NCBI RefSeq assembly: GCF_006345805.1 | Contig: NC_043016.1 | Location: 17,546,001 to 17,610,000, forward strand | Direction of reading: 5' to 3' | Origin: Octopus sinensis | Lineage: Eukaryota | Length of the DNA stretch: 64,000 nucleotides | Shown here: one piece after another, positions 25,560 through 39,920 of the stretch | Layout: every line of letters begins with the position of its first letter | Numbering within the stretch: the stretch's first letter is position 1 | Translations under genes and position numbers: made by a program | The notes under the pieces: generated by a model | Told to the model about the DNA's origin: nothing | Databases searched by the model: none | What the model saw: only the letters and a program-made list of their open reading frames with translations

Positions 25560-25805
25560 TATATCACGTGAGCGACCAGACTATCAGATGTTTTTACACA
25601 TCGCTGCTCACAATGTGCCTTGCATCGTTTTATCCTTTGAATTAAACCCCTGGCTAGGCGAGCAGGCCAACATTCCACCTACCACCCCAATCGAAAGGGT
25701 AACTGGAGCTCAAGAACACAACGCGCCGCCCATCCTGGGATTCGAACCTTCACCCAAGCGATCGTGAGTGTAACAGCCTAATCAGTAGGCCACGCTTCTT
25801 CACGT
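25560..25805 (-). mobile_element. SINE family D
   Basis: tRNA-like gggattcgaacc...gtaggccacgc head plus body shared with 22444-23045. Confidence 0.6.
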
Positions 25806-25986
25806 GCGCGCACACACAGACACAGATACACACACACACACACACACACAGACATGCGATTTAAACCTTAAATTGCAGCACAATTGACTGGTATTTAGGA
25901 CTCCATATATATTCTAGTTCATGTTATTGTAGCATTTGATACACACAAACACACGTACACACTCACACAGACACATACACACACAG

Positions 25987-26017
<31 letters not shown>

Positions 26018-27945
26018 CAGACACACAGACACACAGACACACAGACACACAGAGACACACACGGACACACACAGACATACACACACACACACAGTACACA
26101 GTATGTTGAGTAGAAAAACATATAGTAAATTACTTCGAATAAACTATTACTAGTTTCACAAAATGTTGGTGGTCGAGAAACGAAAGTTATAAACGTTATT
26201 GTGTCGTCAAATTATTCACTTTATTCTCACAACAGCATATAGAAAAAACTTTAATAAATCAAGAGGCAGTTTACAAAATGATAAATCGCACTAAATTATT
26301 TATAGGACGTTACTGAAATCAATGCCTTGTCGAAAAGTAGTGTGAGGAAAATATATTGCCTACAATTGCTTCATGTGGGTAGTTGATCTAATTCTTATTT
26401 CTGGCTAACGAATGTATATACAACAGAAATACCTGCCGTTAATGAATTAAAGAGATCATAAGATTAACATGGATTAACACAGATTAAACAAAGAGGAAAA
26501 TAATGCTAGCAACGTATTTGTTGTAGTTGTTGCTTACCCTCAAGTCAGCATTGATAGAAAAGACCTACCTATTATCAAAGACATTCCATCCGTGACTATC
26601 AAGTAAGATTATACTGGTCAGTGTCCTTTTTGTAAAGACGGATGTGATGTGAGAAAATTTCTCCATTTCAACGACTGTGTAGTGACTTCCACTCATGGAT
26701 CTACACACACACACAAACACACCACACACAACCCCCCCCCCACACACACACACATACGCACGTCAATATATAATTTTAAAATTTGGTGTATCAATGTAGT
26801 TTTCCAAACTGAATCTCAGGAGATATTTCACTTTTACCAGTATTTTTAAAAAATATGTTATAGCGGTTTAAAGTTTGATAATTTTCACCCAATCAAGAAA
26901 CAGGATTTGGAAGCTGTCATTTTGTGCGTGACGTGTTTTGATATGAAACTGTAAATAGATCAAACTGCTTTACGCATGACATAAAACCCATTATATCTTT
27001 TTTTTTTTTTTTGGGAATTTCAGAAAAATTTTGCAAATTTGTATCGTACACTCTGGAATTCAAGTGATTATGCAAAAACCAGAAAAAAAAATTAGGTGTG
27101 CGTGATTTAAGACCTATTTGGCTGTGAGTTTTAGCACATCTCTCGGCCAGAATACAGGCACAAGAATGAACACAAGCAGCAAAGCACAGCATCGATGCAC
27201 ATGCTTTTGCTTAGAATATATTTGTCAATACGTGCTATCTGGCAGACAAAAGAGTCCTCATGTTTGCTTTGTTACTATGGAAACAGGCACGAATGTATCG
27301 GCGGCTTACTGTTGGCTAACATAACACCAAATTTTTTAACTTTAAAAGCTGATAACTTTTTATTTGATTTGTTGCGAAAATGAATTTCAAAGCAGTGATT
27401 AGCATGTAAAACCATATCATTACACCGAATATGAAATTAATTCGAGCAGAAATTGAAGAGATTGAAAATTGGCCGCCGAACAGAAAATATCCCACTGGCA
27501 CGGTGCCACGCTGTGTGTCTGAACCTGGAACCATGTGATTGGGAAGCAAGGTTAGTACCACGTGTATATGTAGGTATATATATGACATTATAATATAAAC
27601 ACATGCACGTGTCGCGTACTCTGTTCCACTTAACTGAAAAAAATATTTTGATAAAATATTTATATATAATATTTAAACAAAATTAACCGAAAATATCGTT
27701 GAATCCATAAATTTTAACGAAGACTGAATTCGTGAAAACTGAAATGCACCCACATACCAACCCCTATACGCAAACACATACAGAGACAGACACGTACTCT
27801 CTCTTACACAGACACATACACACACATGCACAGAAGTAAACCAATAAGTTTAAGAAACTTCAATAGAAACTGGGTGACGAGAAAAAATAGAGGATCAAAT
27901 GTTTATTTTTGTTTACTCATGTGTGCATAGACGTATGTATGCATG

Positions 27946-28246
27946 TGAAGGCGCGTGGTTCAGTTGCTAAGGTATTAGATTCGTGAGTTCAATTCCAGGC
28001 GACGTTGTATACTTGAGCAAGACACTTTATTTCACATTGCTACTCCAGTCCACTCAGCTGGCAAAAATGAATTGTACCGGTAATTCAAAAGGGTCTAGCC
28101 TTGTCACACTCAGTGTCATGCCGAATCTCCCTGAGAAGTATGTGAAGGGTTATGTGTGTCTCAGAAGTACTCAGCCACTTACACGTTAATTTCCAGAGCA
28201 AGCTGTTCCGTTGATCGTGTCAGCTGGGGCCCTCGTCATCGTAACC
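27946..28246 (+). mobile_element. tRNA-derived SINE family C
   Basis: gaaggcgcgtgg...gtgagttcaattcc...ccttgtcacactc...ctcagccactt...gctgttccgttgatc; matches 33751-34095. Confidence 0.8.
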
Positions 28247-28317
28247 TTTTATATATGTACACACACTGATCTATACGTGCACACACCTGTAAGCACACAC
28301 ACATACACACACTTGTA

Positions 28318-28350
<33 letters not shown>

Positions 28351-28438
28351 GCACACACAAGCATATGCATTTTCCTCGAAAATGTTCGCTCTTTTGAACC
28401 TATCATACTAATAAACTGGCGAAATATTAAATTGTATA

Positions 28439-28469
<31 letters not shown>

Positions 28470-30261
28470 CTAAGTTTATGTTTATATGTGTGTGTGAGTG
28501 TTGGCTTTGATATGGCAGCTAATATTAATTATGTAACACACTACAATAAAAATTATGTAACACACTACAAAGCCTATGAATTAATTCCATACAGGAAATC
28601 ATTTCCTGTATTACATTACGCGAATTTGAGGTTTATGACTTGTGCAGAAAACCTATTTATCTAAGACATAAATGATTGTGGCTTTGACCAATTTTCGTCT
28701 CTCGTCGGCTTTGATGCAGTCAGAACCACGCCTTCTCTTTTAATTTAAGCTGTTTATATATCAGTTAATATTCAGAACACATCGTCTAATGGAGTAGAAT
28801 TGGCAATTAGTGTATAAGGGACATTTAGCAACTCACCATAGGGAATATGAACTAATTATTACCATATATTAAATTCTATATAATTAATTGTTTCTAGTCT
28901 GGATTTAAAATAATATGCATATTTTAACTAAATTTGCCTTCTTAAAATAAAGCTGGACATAAACTTTTTTTTATATATAATAAATTAATTTTTTGCCGTA
29001 TGGTTTGTAACAAAATCTTCCTTAGGCATACACAAAGACGAGCATACTCTCATGCATGCACGTCACGTCTATTATTGATTCCTAATATTGGAACAAAGCT
29101 TCTATTTTGATTGAGTTCAATATATCAACTTCACTACTAGATAGCTACTTTATCTTATTAACCATTCACATCCTTCTGGGATCGTAGAAATAAATATCAG
29201 AGAAACACTTGCTTATAACCAAATGGAATTTCCCCGATGGGGTCGTCATTTATTGAAATAGATCCGCCATTAGCTATATTACATAATAATTATATTTGCA
29301 AGGAGCTGAAGAGAGTCAGTTTGTCCCTACCTGCCGTAGTTATGTTTGCGTCCCTTCCACAACCGGAAGCCTTGTGCTTCTACGTAGATCTTTATCGGCA
29401 AATTTTTTGTTGTATTTTTGTAATTTCACAACTTTATTGGTATATCTTAAACGTAGTCTATAAATTCTTGTGAGGCTAGTATACCAGAAATAAACCTCCA
29501 AATGTAGTGTACACTAAAGAAAACTTTGGTGTCTAAATTTAACATAAACTTACTTATTGATAATTATCAATATAAGTGAGCAAGTAGGATTCCACTGGTG
29601 GTGGTCGGAATATGCAAATGCAGACATCATAAAATATAGTTAATGATAACACCACCATCCTGCATAAGATTATACTCACACCAAAAAATAACTGAAAAGA
29701 AACTGATAAAATAAATTCAAAATTACAAACAACCGAAGTGAGCCAACAAAATGGCTCCATATGGTTGTTTATTTGTTAGAAATACCAGTAAAAAAATGCC
29801 CCGAAATTAAAAGATGGGACGATCTCACTGGATGACTGTAGTCCTAGATATAATATGCTTGAAGAAAGCGAAGATGTTAGGATCATGGCTGGAATGCTTT
29901 TGGTCATAGGCCTACTCGGAAAGGGTTGATAAGGAGTTAAAAAACGTCCACGGACGTGAATATTGTCTTCAATATAACTTACACGCCATAAACGCGGTGA
30001 GCGGGCAGAAACGTTCTTTACTTTCTGAGCTTAAATTCCACCCTGTTCGACTTTACCGTTTTCATGCTTTCGCAGTTGAGCACTGGGGTCGATGTAACCG
30101 AGTTACCCTCAAGCTTGCTGGCTTTGTGCCAAAATTTGAAACCAATATTTACATCTGTATGTTTCGATCTCCCTGTATATAAAGTGTGAAATCAAATAAT
30201 TTTTTTTCACCTTCCAATGAGGAGAAGAATTGAAATATCGGTGAACGTACATTATATTTTA

Positions 30262-30437
30262 CTTGTTTTACTTATTGTATTACTTATTGGACTACGGCCA
30301 TGCTGTTTGGTCAGTGAAATCGACCTCAGTTCTTATTCTTTGAGCCTCGTACTTAAACAATCGGTGAACAAATTGACAACGGTTGTCAAGCTGTTCTGGT
30401 GAGCAAATATAAACTCAGACACACACACACACATGCA

Positions 30438-30477
<40 letters not shown>

Positions 30478-30590
30478 CACATACGCACGCACGCAAACAC
30501 ACACATATACTACGTTTTTTTTTAGTTTCCGTTCACCATATCAACTCACAAGGCTTTGGTTGGCCCAGAGCGACAGGAAAAGACAAACTT
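30262..30590 (-). mobile_element. SINE family A, degraded
   Basis: actcacaaggctttggttggccc and cggttgtcaagc...ggtgagcaaa motifs. Confidence 0.65.
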
Positions 30591-31461
30591 TCGGAAAAAT
30601 CAGCGTTAAACTAGTCAACACGACACATTTATTTTTTCCAAGTATACATGTGCAAAGAAGAATTGCTAACTAAATACATCTCTATCTGTCTGTCTGTCTG
30701 CCTGTCTGTCTGTCTGCCTGTCTGCATGTATGCATGTATGTGTGTGTATGAATGTAAGCGTGTATGTGTATGTATGTATGTATGTATGTATGTATGTATG
30801 CATGTATATAAGAAAGTTTTATGTATGTATGCATGCTTGTTTGCACGTATTCATGTGTGTTTATATATATATAAAGCTATAAATGACGAGAGAAATAGTT
30901 TGATGAAATTTATTTAACTGTAAGTAAATTCAATATCACAACAAATTGTTCCGTAACTTAAAGCATGTAAAGATAGTTTATTTTATGATATTTAATAATA
31001 AACAAATTACTTACATTAGTCATATTATTCCATACTAATTTTATCATTAATGTCTTCCATAACTTTTAACTTTCTATTCAAATATTGATTTTGCATTTTT
31101 GAAAAGTTACGCCAAGACTTTAGTATTTAACAAAGATTTTTCTTTCACCTGAGTGTGCAGCTGAGTTTCTGCATTGTTTTAAACGATTTTTTGCATTAAT
31201 GAAGACCTGTAATTTATTTATTATTAATTATATTAAAATACATTACCTTTACATGTTTTAAGTTACGAAACAATTTGTTAAGATATTTGAATTGTTTATA
31301 GTTAGATAATTTCATCATACTATTTCTCTCGTCATAACTGTATACACTCCTTATCTTTTTCTCTTGTGTCGTACTCTATATTCTATGCTTTGTATAATGA
31401 TACAATTAGGAGCTTTCTAATGAGTACCAGAGGATTATTTGAATCCATATATTGTGACTTA

Positions 31462-31500
<39 letters not shown>

Positions 31501-31611
31501 AGATGTATATTGTGTGTGCATATATATATATAAATATATTGTGGAAGCCGCTTATTACAATCATGGATAATATTATCAAACAATTATTGCTGTCGGTATC
31601 AGTGGGTCCCC

Positions 31612-31800
31612 ATAAAACGGCGAGCTGGCAGAATCGTTAGCACGCTGGACAAATGCTTTGGGGCACTGCTTCCGCCTTTGTGTTGTGAGTTCAAATATCG
31701 CCGAGGACAACTTTGCCTTCCATTCATTCGGGGTCGACAAAATTAGTACCAGTTGAGCTTTGGAGTTGATGTAATCGACTTACCGCCTCTCCAAAAACTT
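31612..31800 (+). mobile_element. SINE family B
   Basis: ggcgagctggcagaatcgttagcacg...gagttcaaat...ggggtcgac. Confidence 0.78.
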
Positions 31801-32789
31801 GCTGACCTTTTTGTTTATATCAGAAACCACTTTTAGTGAGTTCCAAACACGTTCAAATTATTATAATCTCTCCGTAATATTTTCAGTCGGTTCTTGTAAT
31901 CTAAAGGGATCTGTCCTAAAATTATCACAATTACCCTCTTCCACACACACACACGCGCGCGCACAGCACACACACACACACACACACGTATTTATGTATG
32001 TATATGTAGAGTAAGAGGGAGATAGACAGAGAGAGAAATTGATAGATACAGGCGTGCATAAATATGTAGATCGGTAGACAGACTTTTTTATGTCAAGGTT
32101 CAATAGGTAGACAGTAATCGGATGATATTGAACAATGCAGAGAAATCTCAGTAATTAATACACAATTTGTACATCTGCTAGGCGAACATAATGAAGCTAA
32201 ATCGATAATTAGGTTTAAATAAAATACAACTATGATATATAACGATTACATGTTATAGAAGCAAAGTTAAAACGTGAAGATCGATGACCACTGTCTGGGC
32301 GGGACTAAGGACTGAATTTGACTCTAAGGTGGTATCACATTCATTCACTTATAATACCCGTTTAATAGTTTTGAGTTAGAATGGTATAATTGGAAACATT
32401 ACTTAATTCCATCCCTGTTTCATTACCAATTTTGTCTTACTCATCCACCAGAAATTGAAAGAATAAATATTAGTTATGTATGATTCCTCTTTTCACCTGC
32501 ATTTGTGTGGCCCTATAACCAATGTCAAACATTATTCGAAATGCGGTGAATACAGTAAAGTTCTGAAAGGGACTAAAATCGAATCTACCCCCACCACTTT
32601 CCTCATCACAAATGAGTGAATTTAGGACTAATCAGAGGTAATTTTTTTTTATTCGAATTGGAAGGAGAGTTAGAACTTCGGAGGAAATGATTTACGGGTG
32701 GAGTTACCGGTTAAAGACGTCCTTGTTGACTCCAGGACAATTCAAGTTTACAGTGAGCTCTAAATCTGCAGCAGCAGTAACGTCAATAA

Positions 32790-32803
32790 CAACAACAGCA
32801 GAA

Positions 32804-32886
<83 letters not shown>

Positions 32887-32975
32887 ACGACTACTACTAC
32901 TACTTCTACTACTACTACTACTGCTACTACTACTACTACTACTACTACAACAACAACTACTACTACTCCTACTAC
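32790..32975. repeat. (ACT)n microsatellite
   Basis: Direct reading. Confidence 0.93.
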
Positions 32976-33487
32976 TAGGGAGGTGTTGGAATGAAAGAAC
33001 AAAGATGGAAATGAGCTTGCCAATATAAGCCGACACAACCTCACATCTTTTCAAGCATAAACGCTCATATGACGCTTCGCGAACATTTCCTTTCCCTAAA
33101 CACTGGTGGCCATGTTGTAAGAACAGCAAGAAAGAAATCCATTTTACAAATAATCTATATCCAGCATCAAGATCTTCCATAATAGTGATTTAACAAGATT
33201 ATCGGATCGTAGACTCGCAGATCCATACATCTAATACATCTACAGCTACATACATTATATTTTATACATATATACATATATATATATACATATATATATG
33301 TATATATACATATGTATATATATATGTAATATATACTATATATATATATATATATATATATATCGTGTGTGTGTGTGTATATATATAATAATATATATAA
33401 ATAATGTAATATATAATATATAGGTATATATATGTGATATATATATATTATATTGTATAAAAATGTAATATTATATGTATATATGTA

Positions 33488-33528
<41 letters not shown>

Positions 33529-33617
33529 TATACATATATATATGTATATAATATATGTATATATAATATATATTATATATATATATATATATATAATATA
33601 TATATATGTATATATAT

Positions 33618-33656
<39 letters not shown>

Positions 33657-33668
33657 TCTATATATATA

Positions 33669-33713
<45 letters not shown>

Positions 33714-33750
33714 GACACACACACACACACACACACACACAATATATATA

Positions 33751-34095
33751 TGATGCTCGTGGCTTAGTGGTTAGGGTATTCGAGGGTATTCGGTTCACGA
33801 TCGTAAAGTCGTGAGTTCTATTCCCTGCGGCGTGTTGTGTCCTTGTATAACATTTTGTGACATTTTATTCCACGTTGCTTCAGTTCACTCAGCTAGCAAA
33901 GATGAGTTGTACCTGTTCTCCAAAGGGTCAGCCTTGTCACATTCTGTGTCACGCTGAAACTCCCTGAACACTACGTTAGGGGTACACGTGTCTGCGGAGT
34001 GCTCAGTCACTTGAACAATAATTTCACGAGCAGACTGTTCCGTTGATTGATCGGGTCAACTAGAACAGTCATCGCCGTAAGCGACGGAGTGCCAG
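33751..34095 (+). mobile_element. SINE family C, full length
   Basis: gctcgtggcttagtggttagg (A box)...gtgagttctattccc (B box); body matches 27946. Confidence 0.82.
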
Positions 34096-34209
34096 GTGTG
34101 CATATATACGCACGAACACATCTGTATATATATTTTTGTCAATAAGGGATAAGTTATTGACACTAACAGAAACTATACGTATATATATATATATATATAT
34201 ATGTATATA

Positions 34210-35398
34210 CAGGGGTTGGACAAAATAAGGGAAACCCCTAGCATCATAGCATCATAAGTTTGAAATATCCATAAAACTGTCAAAAGCTTCTTTATTTTTA
34301 TGTTTTTTGATTTATTATTTGCGTTGCTTAATAGGTTTTGCTAAATTTGCTGTTTCTTTTCAGATACTACCAGAAGAAGAAAATTAAAATTTATTAAAAT
34401 GACAAATCTATCAGACTTTCAAAGAGGTGAAATTGTTGGTGCTGGTATGGCAGGGCGTTAGCATAACGAAAATAGCCGAAATGTTTGGTGTAGGAAGAAG
34501 TTCTGTCTCGAAAGTAATGATAGCTTTTAAGAGGAGGAAAAACCTCCTCGTCGAAACAAAACTCTGGAAGAAAACCAAAACTTTCAGATAGGGACCATCA
34601 GATTCTTACATGAATTGTAAGAAAGGATCACAAAAGCTGGATTTCATGGGAAGGCTGCAATCAGAAACCTACTACCTTCAAAAACAAACGTTACAAAGCG
34701 TTTAGAGTGGAGTAAAAACCTACAGAATTGGTCCCTAGAGCAGTGGAAGAATGTTATTTTCTCGGACAAGTCATCCTTTACCTTATTTCCGACCACCGGC
34801 CGAGTATGTGTGGAGACAGACAAAAGAAGCATTTGATCCAGACTGCCTTTTTCTAAATGTTAAACATGGAGAAGGATCTGTGATGAACTGGGGGGGGGGG
34901 TTATATCTTGGAAATCCGCCGGCCCAATGGTTTCCCTGCATAGTATAATTAATAGTCAAGAGCATTTAAGCATTTTATCTGATCAAATTCATCCTATGTT
35001 TGCAGAACTGTTTCCGGAGGGAAACACAATCTTTCAGGAATATAAGGCACCAATTCACACAGCTGAAGTTGTTACTGAGTTGCACGGGGAACATTCTAGT
35101 GAAGTTGAACACCTTATCTGGCCACCACAGTCCCCAGACCTCAATATTATTGAACATTTATGGTGCATTTTAGAAAAACAAGTAAGGGATCGATATCCTC
35201 CACCCTCATCACTACAAGGACTGGAGACTGTTTTAGCTGAAGAATGGACAAAAATTCCTTTGGAAACAATTCAAACTTTATACGAGTCCATATTCGCAGA
35301 ATCCAAGCTGTTATTACTGCCAAAGGTGGTCCCTACCCCCATATTAAAATAAGTTTGTTGAAATTTTAAGGTATATCCACTATTTCGTCCAACTCCTG
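34210..35398 (+). mobile_element. Tc1-like DNA transposon, decayed, DD36E spacing
   Basis: TA target then TIR CAGGGGTTGGACAAAATA; right TIR ...tcgtccaactcctg. Transposase remnants FSDKS, HGEGSVM, APIHTA, WPPQSPDLNIIEHLW. Confidence 0.92.
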
Positions 35399-35420
35399 CA
35401 TACATACATACATACATACA

Positions 35421-35454
<34 letters not shown>

Positions 35455-35499
35455 CATATTATATATTATATATATATTATATATATATATATATATATA

Positions 35500-35539
<40 letters not shown>

Positions 35540-35860
35540 GGCGGTGCTTGCCCAGCATGGCCACAGCTCAAGAGCTGAAAATTGGAAAACATAAACATAA
35601 ACATATATTATATATATATATATAGTTAATCCAAACATGAAAATAAAGAAAACACAACGCGAGGATGGTGGAACATGTATATATATATATACAAATGAGA
35701 TAGGGGTTGTAAATGCAACCCTCCATGGGATAAATATATCCAATATACTGCTAGTGAAGTACCCAACAAAGTTAATACATAAATGTTAAGGATTGCGATG
35801 GTAATCAATTCATTACTGTATTATATGGGCAAAGTTAAAATGATTTACCACAAATTACTA

Positions 35861-35939
35861 ATACAAGATAAGAAAATGGAGAAATACATCTAAATCAAAT
35901 ATTGATATTTGATTAGATGTATTTCTCCATTTCTTATCT

Positions 35940-35944
<5 letters not shown>
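35861..35944. repeat. Palindrome, 42/40-bp arms, 2-nt loop
   Basis: atacaagataagaaaatggagaaatacatctaaatcaaatat-tg-atatttgattagatgtatttctccatttcttatcttgtat. Confidence 0.9.
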
Positions 35945-35982
<38 letters not shown>

Positions 35983-36307
35983 TTGGGAAGTCGGTGTTTG
36001 GGATATGTGTAAACATTATGATGTACACACAAACTAATCCAAAATTTTCTTTCCCATTATCAATAAAGTTTTCTAATTTTGATTCGAAATAATAGATATT
36101 AAACTGTAAACCAAGAAAAATAATATTTCTGGTAGAAATGGTTCTTACTGAATATTTAAGTAATTTTAAATAATTAACAACCTTAAGATGATTTCAGAAG
36201 AGAGATAGAGAGAGGGAGAGAGAGAAAGAGAGAGAGAAAGAGGTAGGAAAGAAAGTAAGAAGAGAGAGAATAAAAGTTACTAACGACAATATTTTCTTTT
36301 CTGTTAA

Positions 36308-36500
36308 AAGGCGGAGATTTTAGCAAAATCGTTAGCGCGCCAGACAAAATGCTTATCGGCATTTAGTCGTTCAGAGTTCAAATTCCACCGATGTCGATTT
36401 TGCTTTTCATCCTTTCGGGATTGATAAAATAAGTATCAGTTGAACACTGGGGTCGTCGTAATGGACCTAATCCTACTCCTGAAATTGTTGGCCTTGTGCG
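36308..36500 (+). mobile_element. SINE family B, degraded
   Basis: aggcggaga...aatcgttagcgcgcc...gagttcaaattccaccg...tcatcctttcggg. Confidence 0.72.
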
Positions 36501-37762
36501 AAATCGGAAGTGTTTGTTTAGGCCCGTGACACATATATAAGATACCTAATGATGATCGGAAATCAAAGTGATAATAAAAAATTTTTCTCTCTGAAAACGA
36601 CTTTAATAAACTGAAAGTTATCTTAATAATAAGTTATATCGAATATTTAGTAATTTAAAATGTGATATTTTTTGTATCATCCTAATCAAATTTCCAATCA
36701 TAATTATAATAATTCTAAATCATAGAACAAAATAGGTATTGTATGATTTATCTTTTCGATTATGTAGATTAACTACGAACTTACAGATCTATTACAGATT
36801 CTTACAGATTTAATCGAAAATTAAATACTTTTGTTTGAAGTTAGACTTGCAATGCTTGATTCACTGTTCCAGATGTCATTACGCAAGAAAATGATAACAT
36901 CCCCCCCCCCAAATCTTCTATAAGTTTCTTTCAAACCATCATGCCAATTACTCCAAAAGTTTGACAAGAAGTGATGACGATGTTCAAAGAGTCAAACATC
37001 ACTTATTTATGAAAACTACAAAGTTCTAAAAAAATTTGGTGTGTGTGTGCAATAGGCGTTTGAAGCTGTCATTAAAAGGTGGATAAGTTAAGCGGATTGT
37101 TTTCAATTAACAATGAACATAATACTATTTATATAAAGACAGATTCTCTGCGTAATGACTGGGCCTACTAGAAATAGAGCAGATCCTACTGTTTTAAAAG
37201 AAAAAGTACAGATTGGACAATATAATTCCAGGCAGACTATGCCTGAAATAAAGGCAGGGAGATTACGACAAATCAACAACACAAAGTCAAGTTAGTTGGA
37301 ATAACAATATGGTTAAATTCATATAGTGCAATAGTTGTTTTATAGTTGCTGTGTAGCTCACACCAATTTTAATCTAACATACCTATAATCAAAGACATTC
37401 TATCCGTGACTATCTCGTCTCGCCTTTGGGGGTTATGTTGTATATCCTTTCCTTTTGGAAATTGATTAAGCGTGATTAGCGGGAACTGATGAAGCGGTTG
37501 CATAGAACTTTCGCTAGATCCACAAAAAAGAACATAATAGCATCGTTGTTATTTTGTTGTTTAGCCACAAGTCAGCCCTGAATGAGATTTATGATCAAAG
37601 ACATTCCAATATCACCGTTCTAGGACGAGATTATACAGTGTGTCCCTCGTTTTCCAGACGGTAGTTATTTTGGAGTTAGTAGCAACATACACAAATATGC
37701 CCATAAAGACAAAAGACAGTGTAGTTTTTGTCATGTATTATATATATATATATATAATATAT

Positions 37763-37900
<138 letters not shown>

Positions 37901-39659
37901 ACTATATATATATATTTCTATCTGCCTGTCTATCTATATCTATCTATATATGTATATTCTTTTAATAACAGAGCATGGATATATTATATAGTTTGTTTAA
38001 TATCATATTTATTGCATAGATTTAAGCTATTTCTGAGGCGAATTCATGATACGTTTTTCATACCCAGTTGAAGTAATATTATTTCATATATGTTACCAAA
38101 GTCAGTGGAAAAACGTTGAATGTCATAACTTATTCCCCGCCTTTTTTAATAAACCCGCGTTGTTTATTTATAAGAAATCGATAAAACTATGTTGTGAAGC
38201 CTGATAGTTTGTATCTGTTTTATGTTAGAAGTGAATAGAGTTTACCCACAATGTCAAGGAAGTGCTGGAATATAACATTATATTTATGAGATGGTTAAAA
38301 GCTGATGTTGATTAACAAAGGTTGAGATTCTGGTAAATATGATTGGCGTCAATATAAGTATTTAATAAAATACTTAAAACCAATATAGATAAAAATGTAT
38401 TTTAAAACAATTTTTATGACAGATGTAAAGATTCAACATTAAAGGTACGGCCTTTTGGTAAATCAAAGTTCTATAAACAAATATTAGCGTGTTATATTTG
38501 GTCAAAGACCAAACAAGTGCTCCATAGTTCGTTATTATAATCAATATCTATTACATTATTCCTTAATTCAAAGGCAGCTATGAATCATATGCACTAAAGA
38601 ATCTTTGAAGTTTTCGGGATTTTTAATGACAATCCAAGGAGACCAACTTCCGAGTTATCTTTTTCGGTTTTTGAATTTGTTATTACAGGAAGACCTTAGA
38701 AATATGGAAATGGGGTGAGAAGGGTACAGGCTGTAGTGTAGAGAATTTAGATATCATTTTAGCAAGGAATGATTTATTTGCAATTTGGAAGCCAATGAGA
38801 TCTGGGTGAAGAATTTTTATATTTGTATCAGGATTTGCTGTTAGTGAGAAGCTGATATGGTTCCAGTGAGAACTGTTGGCAGAAAATGTTTTAATTTTCC
38901 GAATAGTTTAATGGATAAAAGCAATTTGAAAATGAAAGGGAAAACTATGAGAATATATTTAATGAATAAATTGAATTAATATAAGACATAAAAAAATCAG
39001 CCGTAGAAATGAATTTATATGTATGCGGACATATTCACTTCTCATTGTACTAAGTGTACAAATATTATTTGCAAATGTGTTGCATTTTAACTTATTAAAC
39101 TTTAAATTTACACGAACAATATTAGATAGAAAACAAAGTTATTAAAATAACACAGCATTAAATTTAATAACAAGCATTGTTTATCTTTTATACGAAGCAA
39201 ATATTCTTATAAACAGATAGATTTCTTTTCAATATCGACAAGGAGTTTAAATTACTTAATAGCATTTACCGTAATTGATATGATAACAATTATTGACCAC
39301 GTACTTAAAATTAACCGATTAACATTTCGAGATAAGCATTATCCACAAAGGTAAGATCAATACTGTTTCATTCAGAGAAGATGGAAATGATGTTCGCGGA
39401 CAGATAGACGTCCTTGCATCATCTAAGAACACTAAAGGATGTGAAATAGCTGTGATTTAGAAGGGATCCTAGTGGTTGATACAGATTTTCATGAACGTTA
39501 ATTTCATAACATGGACTTTATTTTCTTTTCATATGCATCATTGGTTACGTAAGCATATATATATTTGGGCTTATAAAGATTTTAAAAAAATCGGACCAAT
39601 TAATAAAAAGGACACTAGGGAATAATGTACTGCGATAAATAATAATTCTTTCTATTAAA

Positions 39660-39920
39660 GCAGTGGTTCCTAAACTTTTTTAGGGTGCTACCTCCTTGGT
39701 TCTAAGTTCACATTTCTAGTGCTCCCATCACTCACCATCACAAACATAAACCATTTTCTGCAACAAATTCAAAACAACAGTATTTCACAAATAAAACTTC
39801 ACTTAATTAACCCTATTTTTTTTTACATCCATTGCCCCGTTTTAGTCCCCCCCCCCATGATCGCAGCATTTTTCTTCGATGCCTCCTTGGATCTTTCCAT
39901 CGCCCCAGGGGTGCTAACAC
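39660..39920. mobile_element. Possible hAT-type MITE remnant
   Basis: cagtggttcctaaactttt resembles a hAT/Charlie TIR; the other end is not found. Confidence 0.35.

Noticed and set aside
32687-33180. Poly-Thr/Leu/Val/Ser ORFs
   Set aside because: They are translations of the (ACT)n microsatellite.
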